Source: Eledone cirrhosa (lineage: Eukaryota). From it: DNA of 64,000 nt. The notes under the pieces are model-generated. The model was given only the letters and a program-made list of their open reading frames with translations, was not told the origin of the DNA and did no database searches. The position numbers and the translations under genes were made by a program. The stretch is from contig OZ024752.1 in the NCBI GenBank assembly GCA_964016885.1, positions 30,194,001 through 30,258,000 of the forward strand, written 5' to 3'. Shown in pieces: positions 42,671 through 56,568 of this stretch (within the stretch, counting starts at the first letter, position 1; each line of letters begins with the position of its first letter).

Positions 42671-45600
42671 TTTTAAAATATTCTCTGGCCAAAGGAGAGA
42701 AAAGTCTCTGAAAAAATATATCAAACCAAAAACTATTTAATGATAATGAATAGAAGTTGATTGGACAAAGTGTATTTACAACAAGCAAAAATGCTGAATT
42801 CCAAAAATGTACATATACACTATAAGACCAACTTTTTACTACTTTGCTCTTGATTTCTGCTCTTTTCAGACTGTATCTCATCTGAAATGTAATTTTCTCC
42901 TTAATTCTGCTAAAAGACAATAAAATTGTCTTCCTGAAATCAACTTTAACTCTTTAAATCAATGCAATAATTCTAGCTGTAGACTTAAATATATCTTACA
43001 TTTAGTTACATATAATCTTTTCTATTTTCTATCATGGTAGAAGCATAAACAAATACAAGTCTTTTGGTGTTTTTCTTGATATCTATTAATAAATCTATGT
43101 TGCATAAGGAATCGTAGTAAAATTGAAAGACGTAATTGTAGTCAAACTTTATTTTGAGTAGGTATTGTTAAGTCATCGATGAACTAATTGCATTGATCAA
43201 AGTTAGGTAGAGTTAAAATAAGAAATAATGTGAGTGTCTGTAATAGGAAACATTTATTCGTTCTTTACTCTACCTGAAAAGATCCTGTTAATTAGGACAC
43301 CTATTACATGAGAGTTTCTTTAACTGGAATCATTAATTCTAAGATTCTTTTTATCGCTTAGATTATCTTTCAAGTCAAGTATGACTGCTTTGTTACTAAA
43401 AATATATTAAACATACAAAATCAAAGGAGAAACAGAGGAAATTGCCATATATACTGGAATATAAGTTGACTCCCTCACTATTTTATGTCTGAAAAATGGG
43501 TAAAAATACAAAGCCCATTTATAAGCCAAGGCAGCAAATCAACACATTATGCTTAAATAATGTGTTCTTAAAATTCTCATGAGTATAATTCTCATGAGTA
43601 TATTTATGAAGTTCTAATATTTTGCGGTTTGTTTAGAATATAGTTTTTGTTTCCCAACTCCATTACATAATGATTTTTTTAACATTTCATCCATTTTATA
43701 GTTTCAACAAGTTTCTCAAATTTTTGTTTACTTCTGACTGTTCACATGTCAGGAGTACTTAGGAAGCAAGAAATCAAATAAGAGAACATTGCATAAGGAT
43801 TCATAGAGTAGGAAATGGAGGAAGAGACAGTGAGAGAGAAGATAGGAAGAATAAGAAAAAGAGGATGCAAGTCAGAAATAAGATTTCAGTCTCACATAAG
43901 ATTGAAGGAATTAGTATCATTAAATCAGAGAAAATATGTATGTGTGTGCATGCATATGTGTGTCTGAGTATATGCATATATGAGTGTGCACATGTGTGTC
44001 AACAATTACCTCCAATTAACACACCAAAACATGGTATAAGTAAATAAATATTATTTCACGGCTTGTATATGAGTATATACTGTATATATAATAATAAAAT
44101 ATTGATTAAATTGGAAATTGCAGTGATATTTTCAAACCAAATAAAGGATGCAGTTGCAAAATTATTGCAAAGAATAAAATGATGACAATAAATTTGTATT
44201 GATGAGAAAATTTAAAATAAGTATTGAACAGTGATAATATGTTTATTTAGATGATACCTAGATTGTATTTGACAATAGGAATGGTAAAAAAATATCAATA
44301 AATAACAGTAAGCAATTTTACCAATGCACAATTTCAAAATGTGTGAATACTTCTATGAATTGGCAAGAATATATTTTGTCAGATATTTATATTGATATTT
44401 GTGGAGACTGACTTACAATGTTATTGTGATAGGTGTATTGTTGTTGTATACAATAGTAAAAACTTAAATAACTCGAAAGAGTAGGTGAGTTTGATCCAAA
44501 AAGGTATGTAGAATAAGATGAAAAGATTTGGTAGTCTGAGATGAAAGTCAAGAATGTTATTGAGTTGGCATGATTCCATAAATAGAATGGATTATGAGAA
44601 TGAGAATTGAGAAAAGTAAGGAAATAGAATATGGCACATTATTGTTGACAAATAATCATTGCTTATGATGAAAAAGACATTATTTGTTTTGGCGTAAACT
44701 TCAATGGGGGTGAAGAAGGGCCAGAAATTAATCAGAAATTGAAATATGCTGATAGATTGACCCAGAAAGTTCATGCAACTTCAGAGAAATTGATATTAAA
44801 CTAATGATAAGAGGGACTAAATGTTATGTAAGAAAGAAGGAAAGAATAAAACTATTTTGGAATAATGACAAAAATTTACTAGTATCAGATCGATAAAAAA
44901 TTTACTAGTATTTGTAACTCATGCAAAAGGTATAAAAACGGACGTAAAAACTATGATGATGATGATGATGATGACATCTGATCAATGAAAAAGAAAGCTT
45001 AAAGTCCTTTTTTTTTAAGTGGAAAAGATTTATTTATAAACTTTCTAGTAGGGAAGGCGGATGTTAGTGATGATGATGATATAAATAAACACAATTTATA
45101 AAAATAAATATTTATATAATAAAAATTAAGAAAAACATGGGAGAAGACATTCACAACAAGGGGTGCTGAAGTTTTCCTTTTGCATCATATTTCAATACAA
45201 AGAAATGTTCATATTTAAAGCAAACCTCTTTGTAGGAAGCAACCTTTCTACATCAAATACATCAAATATAATATAAAAATGAATGCTTATTTTTGTTCAT
45301 TTTATTATTCTCCTCAGAGAACACCTAGGATGTTAAATTAATCAAACATTATTTTCATACTACATAACAAAAATATTGTTCCAAGTAGTATTCATGTAAA
45401 CAGTAAAAATCAGTTAAAAAATATTTCCTTTCATTAACCGAAACCATAACAACACAAATTACTTTAGACATATTATATTTTTCTAAAGTAAGCTATTTAA
45501 GCTTTTGAGAGATTTTGGCAGGTCACCATCAATCCTCATCGAAAATGGAATTTTACCAGATTGTCTTTTAACACAGTTCTATTTTCATTAAAATATTCTT

Positions 45601-47894
45601 TTCTTCTTCTTCTTAAGTGAAATCTACTTATGAAATGTACTTATAACTTAGTACCCACAGTCTTGTGACCTCATCAAACAGTGAACAGAAGATTAAACTT
45701 TTGACCTTCAGTTACAAGTTATTTTTAAAAGCGCCCTGTCCACCCTGTAAAGTGGTCATGTTGGTGACATGACAAAAAATGCTCAGTCCACACTGTAAAG
45801 TGGTCATGTAGAAGTCACAACAAAAAGCACCCAGCTCACATTGTAAGGTGGTTGTGTAGGTGTCACGACAAAAAGCACCCAGTACACACTGTAAATGTAG
45901 TTGGTATTATGAAGGGTATCCAGCTGTAGAAACCAAGCCAAAATCAGTTCTGTATGAGCAAGACAAGGTCAAATGACCTGGCTTGTCTTACAATAGGAGA
46001 ACTCATCTAACCGATGCTAGCATAGAAAAATGTCATGATGATGATGATGATAAGGGCCTCCTTCTTAAAGAAATTCTGTATTGAATTAATGAATTACACT
46101 AAAGACATTCTCACTCACTTTCTTACTAACAACATTTTGGTTACTTCCATTTAACCAGCCATATCTGGCTACTCAAATAAATAATATCAAAATCTCACAG
46201 ATTCGATATTATGTGAGATAAAGCCTTTACTACGAAAATACAATGTTCATATAAAGTAAGGTAAATGTTAAATGGTTAATGTCTTTGTACATAGTAATTG
46301 AGTTATGTGCAAATATATAAATGAGGGTTATAATTCATAAAAATCTACTATTGGGCTCACCCACATTCCAGGATTATTCTCCATCTTGAAAATTTAAAAA
46401 GACTATTAAATTTAAAGTTCACTATTAGATGTATTTTAAATTGTTAGCATGTGTTGCTAGTAAGTACGTCAATTTTATATTATCAGACATGTTGAAATGC
46501 CAAACTTACTTTTAAAACTATCACATTTACCACACAGTATATTTTACAATCTTATATTGAACTCATCTGCAAAGTTTGGTCTTTTATATATTTTATATAT
46601 ATATATATATATTTATTAAAATAACAGATTAAAGTTTAAGCAAAGAATCGCTGCTTTCACCCTTAACAGGATCTTCTGAAACTCAGAAGATTCCGTTAAG
46701 GGTGAAAGCAACGATTCTTTGTTTGCTTAAACTTTAATCTGTTATTTTAATAAATATTTGCTCTACGGTTCTTATATATTTGATATATATTTATCCTTAT
46801 CGAGCCCGCTTTGGATTTTAGTCTTCAAATTTATTATTATTACTATATATGTAGAAGAGATATTAAATTTTGTTGGTAATCCAACAAATATGGATGTTTA
46901 CAACTGATTCAAATCACTCGACAGATTTCTGGAGTAAGTATTAAAATACATATTAAAATACATATATAGATATTTATATATTATTATAATAAGATAAATA
47001 ATTCTCCATATAAATATAGATAAATGTCTGAATATATTTTCCCTAAATTAACGTTCAAGTGGTCTTCCTTTTCCTTCTTCTATAACAATTTTAGTTTGAT
47101 AATTTATATAGCTTCGTTAAATTAACAATATTCTGAAAACATTCTCAATGTTGAAAATTTTTGAATCCACAACTGGAAAAAAAAATTTTCAACATCCTTC
47201 GTAACTCATTTTTTTTTAGATAAACAATCAATGCATATGCAACTTATTAATATATATAGAGATATTTATATACATATAACCTATCCTAATGTAATAAGAT
47301 AAAAATACTTACAACCATAATTCTTCATATAATTTTATAACTCATAATATAGGTAAAAAAAAAATCTTTTCCCCCAGATTAACGTTATTCTTTTCTCTTT
47401 CTCTTCCTTATCATAAATATATAAATTACTGATGACGGATAGTCCTGGTTTCTTGCTCTAGTTTTTAATTTATATATATATATATTACATATATATATAT
47501 ATATATATACATACATACAGAGAAAAACAATACGTCTTCACTACGTCTTTATGATATTTTGTAATATGTTTTACATAGATCAATAATTGAATGAACATTC
47601 AGAGAAATACACCCCCAGAAACGATCGTAAAATAATGTGTTTTACTATGAATTTACAGTTTTGTGTTTAATTTCATTGTTTTAATATTTCTATTTTGACT
47701 CTGTATCCAATTGAATTATATCGTTGATAAAAATGTTTGTATTTTAAACTTTGCTTCACGACATCTTCTACATAGGGATTACATTGAATTCTTTATACGG
47801 TTTAGACCCTACCATTGAGTGGTAGATTTATCTGTGTGTATATACATACATGTATATATACATACATGTATGTATACATACATATATATATAAA

Positions 47895-48356
47895 GAAAGA
47901 CGACAGCTGTATAAAAAAGTGCAGGGCAATAAAAATAGACGGTAGCCACGGAGTAGGCAGACCCAGAAAAACCTGGGACGACTTGATAAATTCCAACCTC
48001 ACACACTTACACCTCTCCAAGACAATGCCACTGGACCGAGATCGTTGGCGCTACACAGTAATAGAGAAGACCCGCCTTACCTAAATACAAAGTAAAACCT
48101 ACTGCATCCACACCACCCCTTTCAATGTAAAGTTATGTTGGTACCACAACATCCAGGCCGAAACAAATGAGGTCGTGTAGGTGTCACGACAAAAAAACAC
48201 ACAGTCCACGCTGTAATGTGGCCGTGTAGGTAACACGGTAAAAACCTCCCAGTTCCACACTGTAAATGTGGTTGGTGTTAGGAAGGACATCCAGCCGTAG
48301 AAAACCCGCCAGACAGTCCTATGCGAGCAAGACAACCACTCTTGCCTCAAGTGGGA
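47895..48356 (+). mobile_element. RTE 3' segment in + orientation abutting the - strand body
   Basis: GRPRKTW...EKTRLT* plus 3' UTR, matching 16425-16930. Confidence 0.9.
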
Positions 48357-48371
48357 AAACTCAAGCGGAAA

Positions 48372-51300
48372 ACTGCCATGCAACATTGGTGTTCGTATGC
48401 AGGCATCATACAGCCTGCCTTTCATTTTTAGGGAGAACCCTTTAGCGGCTAATAGTGGTATAAGCTCTCTGAACTTTTTCCATTCAGTTCTGACTCTAGC
48501 TACTGTACTTTCAGAGCACTCTCCCCCACTGCTGATTTTGTCACCCAGGTAACGGAAGCTGTCCACTATTTCTATAGAACCATCTGTGCAATGGAATGAG
48601 CTAGTATTCTGTGGGCACTTGCTGCTACTTATTGCACCAGAGCACCGGCCACATGTAAAATCTATGTTCTTAGTTAGCTTACCTGTGATCTCACTACATC
48701 TTTTATGCACTCATACTTTGCATTTGGGACATAAAATGGAGTTTCTACCTACTCCTTTCCTACACACTGAGCATGGCCATTTCCCGGATGAGACCGGCGC
48801 CCTATTTTCCTTCCTACAAACTAGAACTTTAGTCTTAGACAGGTTAATTTTAAGGCCTTTTGATTCTAGGCCATGCTTCCATGTTTGGAATTTCTTCTCT
48901 AGTTTGGCCATTGATTCAGCTATGAGCGTTAGATCATCTGCGTATAGGAGTTCCCATGGGCAGCTGGTCTTGAACTCCACTGTTATAGCCTGAAGGGCAA
49001 TAATAAATAGTAGGGGGCTAAGAACGGAGCCCTGATGAACACCAACTTTTACGCTAAACTCTTTACTATATTCGTTGTTAATCCTAACCTTGCTGACTGT
49101 TTCTTTATACATGGCTTGTATAGCTCTCACAAGCCATTCATCAACACCTAGTTTTCTAAGAGCCCACCAGATAATGGAACGGGGGACTCTGTCGAAGGCT
49201 TTCTCAAAGTCGACAAAAGCTAAGTATAGGGGTTTACTTTTAGCTAGGTACTTCTCCTGTAGTTGTCGTACAAGGAAAAGGGCGTCTGTGGTACTTTTAC
49301 CTGACACAAACCCGAACTGCATTTCATCTAGATCAATTCTCTCTCTGATTAGTTGCGCTATTACTTTTTCTGTGACCTTCATGACCTGGTTGATTAATTT
49401 AATGCCTCTATAGTTACTCCTATCTAGGGCATCTCCTTTACCCTTATAGCAGTTAATGATGATGCTGCTACGCCAGTCCTTCGGAACAACCCCATTCTGT
49501 ATGACTTGGTTTACTATCCGGGTGACCATGGTGTGTCCCACCGTTCCAGAAGCTTTCAGCATTTCAGCAACTATTTCCAAAGGCCCAGCCGCCTTACCCG
49601 TCTTCATATCTTTGATTGCCTTACTTATTATACTACCTTCGACTAACACTGCTGGTCCCTCTATTGGGTCGATGTGGGGGAGACTGTCTTTCTCCCATTT
49701 ATTCTCCTCATTTAGTAGCCTTTCGTAGTGACACTTCCAAGCTACCTTCTTATCAGCGTCAGTGATGGCAAGTACACCATCATCATTAAGGACACACTTC
49801 TCTCCGACAATATCATGGTTCTCCTTGACACATTGCCTAGCAATCCTGAACATCTCACGTTTTTGGTCCTCGCGTTGTAGAACATGCTTGAACTTTCTTT
49901 CCTCTGCTTCCCTTCTTGCGAAGTACACTTGTCTCCTAGCTTCCCTCCTGGCCACTTGATAGTCTTCTCTACTTCCCCCATCCCGCCATACTTTTCAAGC
50001 CTGCTTTTTGGCCTTAATTGACTCCTCCACCTTACTGTTCCACCACCATGTTACTCTCCTCCTGCCTATAGGCCTGCTCCAGCCACAGACTTCGTCTGCT
50101 GCCATCAGCAATTTTGCTTTCAGGAATTCCCACTGTTCCTCTATATTGTACGACTCTAAATGCTCTTCCTTACTGTCGAAAGCATCAAGTAATATGCTTT
50201 TAAATTTATTTCTGGCTGTGGGGTCCTTTAGCTTCCATATTTTTCTCCTGAGGATAATCCTCTTCTGCTGTCGAGTACGTCTCGTCCTGACATGAGGTCG
50301 CTCATTATCAGTCTATGTTGGGAGGTGCATTCTTCATGGAGGAGGGATTTAGTGTTTACAACAGACACTCTGTCGCGTCTTCTGGTAAGGATATAATCTA
50401 CCTGGCTGGTATGTTCCCCTGATCTGTAGGTGATCAAGTGATTGTCTCGTTTTTTGAAGTTAGTGTTATAGATAGTTAGGTTACTTGCGTCACAGAATTC
50501 CAGGATTCTGGAGCCTTCCTCATTTCTAGTACCAAACCCATAGCCTCCGTGGATTCCGTCATAACCGTCACAATGTTGTCCAACATGACCATTTAGGTTG
50601 CCAGCAATAATTATATAGTCACTGTCGGTTATTTGGGAGGCAGTCTAGATTGGGGCGCGTACGCAGATATTACTGTCACAGTAGTTCTATTTAGAACAAG
50701 TCTTATTTTAATTATTCTGTCATTCACTCTATTTACGTCTATTATCTTATCCACCCATTTTTCTGCTAACATGATTCCTACCCCACCCAGCCCATTGTCA
50801 TTTCCCACCCAGAAAAGATTAGAGCATCGTTTTTTACCCACAATGAATCTAGCAGACCCGCCCCTCCACCTGGTCTCTTGGATACAGCAAACATCAACCT
50901 CCTTACGTTCAAGCATTTCTACAACCTCGTTAGAGCGGCCTTTTAAGGTGCCTACATTCATGGTACCAACTCTGAAGTTTTGGATTGCGTTTGGTGGGTG
51001 AGGCACAGGGAGGGGTGAGGGGGATGGGGTTGGGGTTATGTTGGCCATCCGCGGCTGCAACAAAGAGGAGGGGGCCTTGCCCTTTCGTCCAGCAGCATGA
51101 GGTGAATTTGTCGTTATCTTTGGCATTGTCTTCGAGTGTCCAGATTCTTCAGGCTCTCCAGAAATTCCTTAGTCCATCCATCATATCGAAAAGCAACCAG
51201 AAGTGATAGTATAGGCGGTTGACTTGTGATTAGTCCAAATAATAAAGGTGGAGAGTGGGGGCGGGCGGGAGGGGTATGGGCTAGTTAGCGAGGAGAAGAT

Positions 51301-51788
51301 TATTTAGAACAAGCGTGGACAAGATTATTTAGAACAGTCAGACAGAATTATAGAATAGCAATTAAGAAGTAGGATTTGGATTCTGGGCGATTATACAGAT
51401 ATATGGATGAATGAACCGAGGGGTGGGGAGGCAAGGAGAAAATGGTATTTTTACATTACATTTCGTAGAAGTTTGTAGAAGTGGACTGACCATTAATAAG
51501 AGTTGACAAATTCTGAGATTTGTCCCTCGTAACAGGTTTATTTATATTTGGTGCGAGTAGGGAGTGAGAGAGAGAGAGGGACGTATTATGATAGAGAGAC
51601 GGCAGCACGTATATGATAGAGAGAGGGGGGTGATAGCGATATAGACGGCCGAGAGAAGCCATTTTTGTGAATCCTGGAAAAATGTTCGGCCAAAATGGTA
51701 GCGAGAAGATTATTTAGAACAAGCGTCAGACAGAATTATACAATACAGTCAGACAGAATTATACAATAGCAAATAAGAAGTAGGATTA
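48372..51788 (-). mobile_element. Near full-length RTE-clade LINE (5' UTR, APE, RT with Cys/His insert), inactivated by stops and frameshifts
   Basis: VGTMNVGTL...IQETRW, DFEKAFDRVP, LLYADD, MLHGS. Confidence 0.93.
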
Positions 51789-51819
51789 TATATATATGTA
51801 TATATATATACATGTATGG

Positions 51820-51851
<32 letters not shown>

Positions 51852-51902
51852 GTATGGATATATATATTTATATATATATATATACACATGTATGGATATA
51901 TA

Positions 51903-51931
<29 letters not shown>

Positions 51932-51938
<7 letters not shown>

Positions 51939-52346
51939 TAAACGGAATAGAAAATGCTGACAAATTGTTCACAGTTGAAAAATAGTTTAATTAGGAATAA
52001 AAGAGTATTAGTGATTGTATGGGTTAATGGGTTAGTATTCAGTTGTGGTTTTAAGTTTTTAAGTTTTTACCGGTTTTTAAGTTTTTACCGGTTGCGCATT
52101 TCTAAATGCTTTTCAAAAATAATTTTGAGATAGAGTGTCCGTGCTGTTTGCTCTGATCAGAGCAAACAGCACGGACAAAATTATTTTTGAAAAGCATTTA
52201 GAAATGCGCAACTGGTAAAAACTTAAAAACTTAAAACCACAACTGAATACTAACCCATACAATCACTAATACTCTTTTATTCCTAATTAAACCATTTTTC
52301 AACTGTGAACAATTTGTCAGCATTTTCTATTCCGTTTACCAATATA
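51932..52346. repeat. ~200-bp-arm palindrome with zero spacer (ctga|tcag at 52156/7)
   Basis: Direct. Confidence 0.92.
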
Positions 52347-52603
52347 TAATAATTTGTGTGTTACACCTCTATTCTTTTAACTATATATATATATATATAG
52401 TATTAAGGGTACTATTTATGGTTATGTATGCAATAAAACCTTTAATGGTAATATATTATATATACAAACCCTAAATAGTGAAAGATAGTCATTAATTACT
52501 ATCCTATTACCAGTAAGATAAATAGCTCAATGTAATAACATCAGTTGTTTTACAGAGCAGTTATATAGAGATTACAATAATCAAAGTTCGGATCAGTAAA
52601 TAG

Positions 52604-52652
52604 TTGCTCCGAAGAATCCAAACCTCGGTTTGGAGGAAACAATTGTAAGCAA
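52604..52652 (+). ncRNA. Minimal hammerhead (U4C variant) inside 23-bp inverted repeats
   Basis: ttgct-CCGAAGA-atccaaac ctcg gtttggag-GAAA-caattg-TA-agcaa. Confidence 0.75.
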
Positions 52653-52734
52653 ATAAATGACTTAAACCGAACTTTGATTATTGTAATCTATATATATATA
52701 TAAGAACAAAAGATGGTTAAAAGAGTTCCATCTA

Positions 52735-52801
52735 TTTTATTATGCGCATTTCAAAAACAAATATCATCATGCAATAATATTTGTTTTTTCATCAGATAAA
52801 A
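52735..52801 (-). ncRNA. Minimal hammerhead with canonical core
   Basis: ttttat-CTGATGA-aaaaacaaatat...atatttgttttt-GAAA-tgcgca-TA-ataaaa. Confidence 0.82.
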
Positions 52802-52901
52802 CATGAAGACATGATATGAAGGTTAAAAAACACTTGTGGATAGTTCAGTTTTAAATCAACATATATATATATATATATACATGTATGGATATATATATAT
52901 A

Positions 52902-52959
<58 letters not shown>

Positions 52960-52962
52960 GAT

Positions 52963-53488
52963 ATCATCATCATCATCATCAACGTTTAACGTCCGTGTTC
53001 CACGCTTGCATGGGTTTGGACGGGGGTAGTCCCACTTGAGGCAAGAGTGATTGTCTTGCTCGCATACTGTCTGGCAGGTTTTCTACAGTTGGATGCCCTT
53101 CCTAACACCAACCACATTTACAGTGTGGGTCTGGGAGGTTTTTACCATGTTGCCTACATGGCCACATTACAGTGTGGACTGTGTTTTTTTGTCGTGACAC
53201 CTACACGATCTCATTTGTTTCGGCCTGGATGGTGTGGCACCAACATAACTTTACATAGAAGGGGGCGGTGTGGATGGGGTGGGGGTGGTGGGACGGGGGT
53301 GTATTTTGTTAGAGATGCCTACTGACTGTAGTAGGTTTTACTTTGTATTTAGGTAAGGCGGATCTTCTCTATTACTGAGTACCGCCAAAGGTCTCGGTCC
53401 AGTGACATTGTCTTGGTGAGGTGTAAGTGTGTGAGGTCGGAGTTTATCAGCTCGTCCCAGGTTTTTCTGGGTCTGCCTATTCCGTGAT
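52963..53488 (-). mobile_element. RTE 3' fragment
   Basis: Near-identical to 16355-16885. Confidence 0.92.
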
Positions 53489-53520
53489 ACATGTATATAT
53501 ATACATACATATATCTATAC

Positions 53521-53552
<32 letters not shown>

Positions 53553-54021
53553 CTATACATATATATGCATACATATATCTATACATATATACATATATAT
53601 ATATATACATACATATATCTATACATATATACATATATGTAATCTCTATATACATATATATATATATAAGCATATAAACAATATGCCCCCACTCCCCCCA
53701 CCGCAAGGTGGTCGTGGAGGTGCCACGGCAAAAAAGCACCCAGCCCACACTGTAAAGTGGACGTGTAGGCGCCACGAAAAAGCACCCAGCACTCACTGTA
53801 AATGAGGTTGGTGTTAGGAAGGGCATCCAGCTGTAGAAATCAAGCCAGATCAGTTCCTGTATGAGCAAGGCATGGTCAGCCGACCAGACACTGCCCACAA
53901 CAGGACAACCCGTCTAACCCATGCTAGCGTGGAAGAACGGACGTAAAACGGTGATGATGATATACATACATATATCTATACATATATACATATATATATA
54001 TATACATACATATATCTATAC

Positions 54022-54053
<32 letters not shown>

Positions 54054-54390
54054 CTATACATATATACATATATATATATACATACATATAAATACATACA
54101 TATATAAATACATACATATATAAATACATACATATATAAATACATACATATAAATACATACATATATAAATACATACATATACACACACACACAAATAGA
54201 ACTTACTATTTACTTTCAATCTTAAATTAATTTGTCATTTATTTTGATTAAATTAGATAAACTGAAAACATTTTGTCACATGTGTAACAACAGTAAAATA
54301 TCTAAAGGATGTTAGGTCTCCCTGGTAACTGATATAAATCAAATATGCTAAGAAGACATCTCATTACCGTTCTCTCATGCTATCACTAGA

Positions 54391-54792
54391 GATATATTTC
54401 TTTATTAGCCACAGGGGCACAAAAGAAGGGGACAAATACGAAGGGGGAAGTTTACATACAATAAAAACGTGTAAAATGTTATCACAAATGGAATTTAAAA
54501 AGTTAGTCGATTTTCCCCAATAGAGGGAGACAGTTTATATGGGTAACACATACCCCCGAAAAAAATAATGTGCAACCCTCATCTCCAGGAGTACGAAGAG
54601 TTTGTACTCCCTTCCTCTCCTCCTCCTTTTCCTCAACCTACAGGCTGATATAGAGAGAAGGCCCATTCACTCGGGTCATTCTCGCCACTTTCACCCACCT
54701 TTCATAAAACTTGCTGGGGTACAGCACCTCTCTCTCCATCCTGATTCTTCTTCCAAAGTGGTATTTGAAAAAAAGAATCAGTTGTTGGCCGG
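54391..54792 (-). mobile_element. 5'-truncated copy of the Tx1-like element 3' end
   Basis: Near-identical to 35005-35403. Confidence 0.92.
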
Positions 54793-55009
54793 GATAGTTC
54801 ATTAATTAGTTGAAAGTTTAAATAATCAACCTTTTCTGTTCATTCCCAGTTTTCGGCAAGTATTTACATTACACAATACAATGGTGAAGATTAACCTCTC
54901 TGATTACTTACTGATCTTTTAAAATGTAAACTTAAACAGCCATTTGGAAAAGATCATCGATTAGGATGAACATCAACTGATAGATGAAGTGTGAAGTCCT
55001 TCTTCACCA

Positions 55010-55485
55010 TGGGAGGGAGAGGGGAGGCGGGAGAGGGGAGGCGGGAGAGGGGGGGAGAGGGGAGGCGGGGGAGGGGAGGCGGGGGAGGGGAGGCGGGAGA
55101 GGGGAGGCGGGAGAGGGGAGGCGGGAGAGGGGAGGTGGGAGAGGGAAGGCGGGAGAGGGAGGAGATAGTGGAGATAGGGGGAAGGAGAGGGGAGAGAGAG
55201 AGTGGCAAGAGGGAAGAGAGAGAATGGAAGAGAGGAGAGATGTTGGAGGGGGAGAGCAGGGAGCAATGGGGGGGAGAGTGGAGAGAGAGGGAGAGAAAGT
55301 TGAGAGAAAGGGAGAGAGAGAGGGAGAGAACGTTGAGAGAAAGGGAGAGAGAGGGGAGAGAAGGAAAGTTGAGAGAAAGGGGAGAGAGGGGTAGTTTACA
55401 GAAAGGGGAGAGAGAGGAAGTTGAGAGAAAGGGGAGAAAGAGGAGTAGTGACAGGAGGAGTGAAGGGAGAGAGAAGGGAGAGAAC
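55010..55485. repeat. G/A-rich polypurine tract
   Basis: (gggagaggggaggc)n. Confidence 0.9.
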
Positions 55486-55639
55486 ATGTGTGTGTGTAAA
55501 TGTATGCATTTGTGTGCACATGCATACACATATTTACACAAGTGATGCTATAAGCAATCAAGGAAAATTCATTTAGTAAAACAAAAGAATGATAGAAAAA
55601 CTCAAATTATTATTAATATTTCAATATGAAACAGAGAAA

Positions 55640-55905
55640 AGAAGATACACCTTTCCATAGATTCACCCTTCTATAGAGGTGCCGCTCGATAGATACACTC
55701 TTTTATAGAGGTACCTTTCTATAGATTCACCCTTCTATAAATACACCCTTCTATAGATACACCCTTCTATAGAGGTACCTTCTATAGATACACCCATCTA
55801 TAGATACACTCTTTTATAGAGGTACCCTTCTATAGATACACCCTTCTATAGATACACTCTTTTATAGAGGTACTCTTCTATAGATACACCATTTCTATAG
55901 ATATA
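55640..55905. repeat. ~16-bp minisatellite (tagatacacccttcta)
   Basis: Direct. Confidence 0.85.
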
Positions 55906-55984
55906 GCATTTTCTAGTCTCGAGCCAGGAGGCTCATCAGGCCACTGCTTATCCCAGTTTCTATGACATCAAGCAACTGAGAGTA

Positions 55985-56425
55985 CAAGCCTCCACACAAG
56001 GTTAAACCCCCAGCTATTGCTGGTACTCATTTTCAGCTGAGTATACAGGAGCAAGCCTCAACGCAGAGTTAAACCCCCAGCTATTGCTGGTACTCATTTT
56101 CAGCTGAGTATACTGGAGCAAGCCTCCATGCAAGGTTAAACCCCCAGCTATTGCTGGTACTCATTTTCAGCTGAGTATACTGGAGCAAGCCTCCATGCAG
56201 GGTTAAACCCCCAGCTATTGCTGGTACTCATTTTCAGCTGAGTATACTGGAGCAAGCCTCCACGCAGTGTTAAATACCCAGCTATTGCTGCTACTCATTT
56301 TCAGCTGAGTATACTGCAGCAAGCCTCCACGCAGGGTTAAACCCCCAGCTATTGCTGGTACTCATTTTCAGCTGAATATACAGGAGTAATGTGAAACAAA
56401 GTGTTTCACCCATGAACACAACACA
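55985..56425. repeat. 67-bp tandem repeat, ~6 copies, SINE-derived
   Basis: caagcc at 56119, 56186; runs into a SINE-like segment resembling 25715-25770. Confidence 0.85.
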
Positions 56426-56484
56426 GTCAACAACTTAGTGTAGTCTAGGTTTACTTTCATGTCACTAAACTCTAAATTTGGCTT

Positions 56485-56568
56485 CTAAGTTTGGAATTTC
56501 CTCTCTAAATCTTTGATCATTTTAGCTCTGATGACCTGAACAACTGGTCTTAAATGCTTGTTATGAGC
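56485..56568 (-). CDS. Possible terminal exon (AHNKHLRPVVQVIRAKMIKDLERKFQT*)
   Basis: Good polypyrimidine tract plus CAG acceptor; no homology recognised. Confidence 0.2.
   Translation of the reverse strand, partial: AHNKHLRPVVQVIRAKMIKDLERKFQT

Noticed and set aside
42840-42892. Candidate first coding exon MRYSLKRAEIKSK (-)
   Set aside because: Acceptor plausible but no convincing phase-0 donor
46675-46720. CAGAAGA-stem-GAAA motif (also at 21047)
   Set aside because: U4 and the UH cleavage site are missing in both copies
47425-47460. CTGATGA followed by a short stem
   Set aside because: No GAAA or stem III
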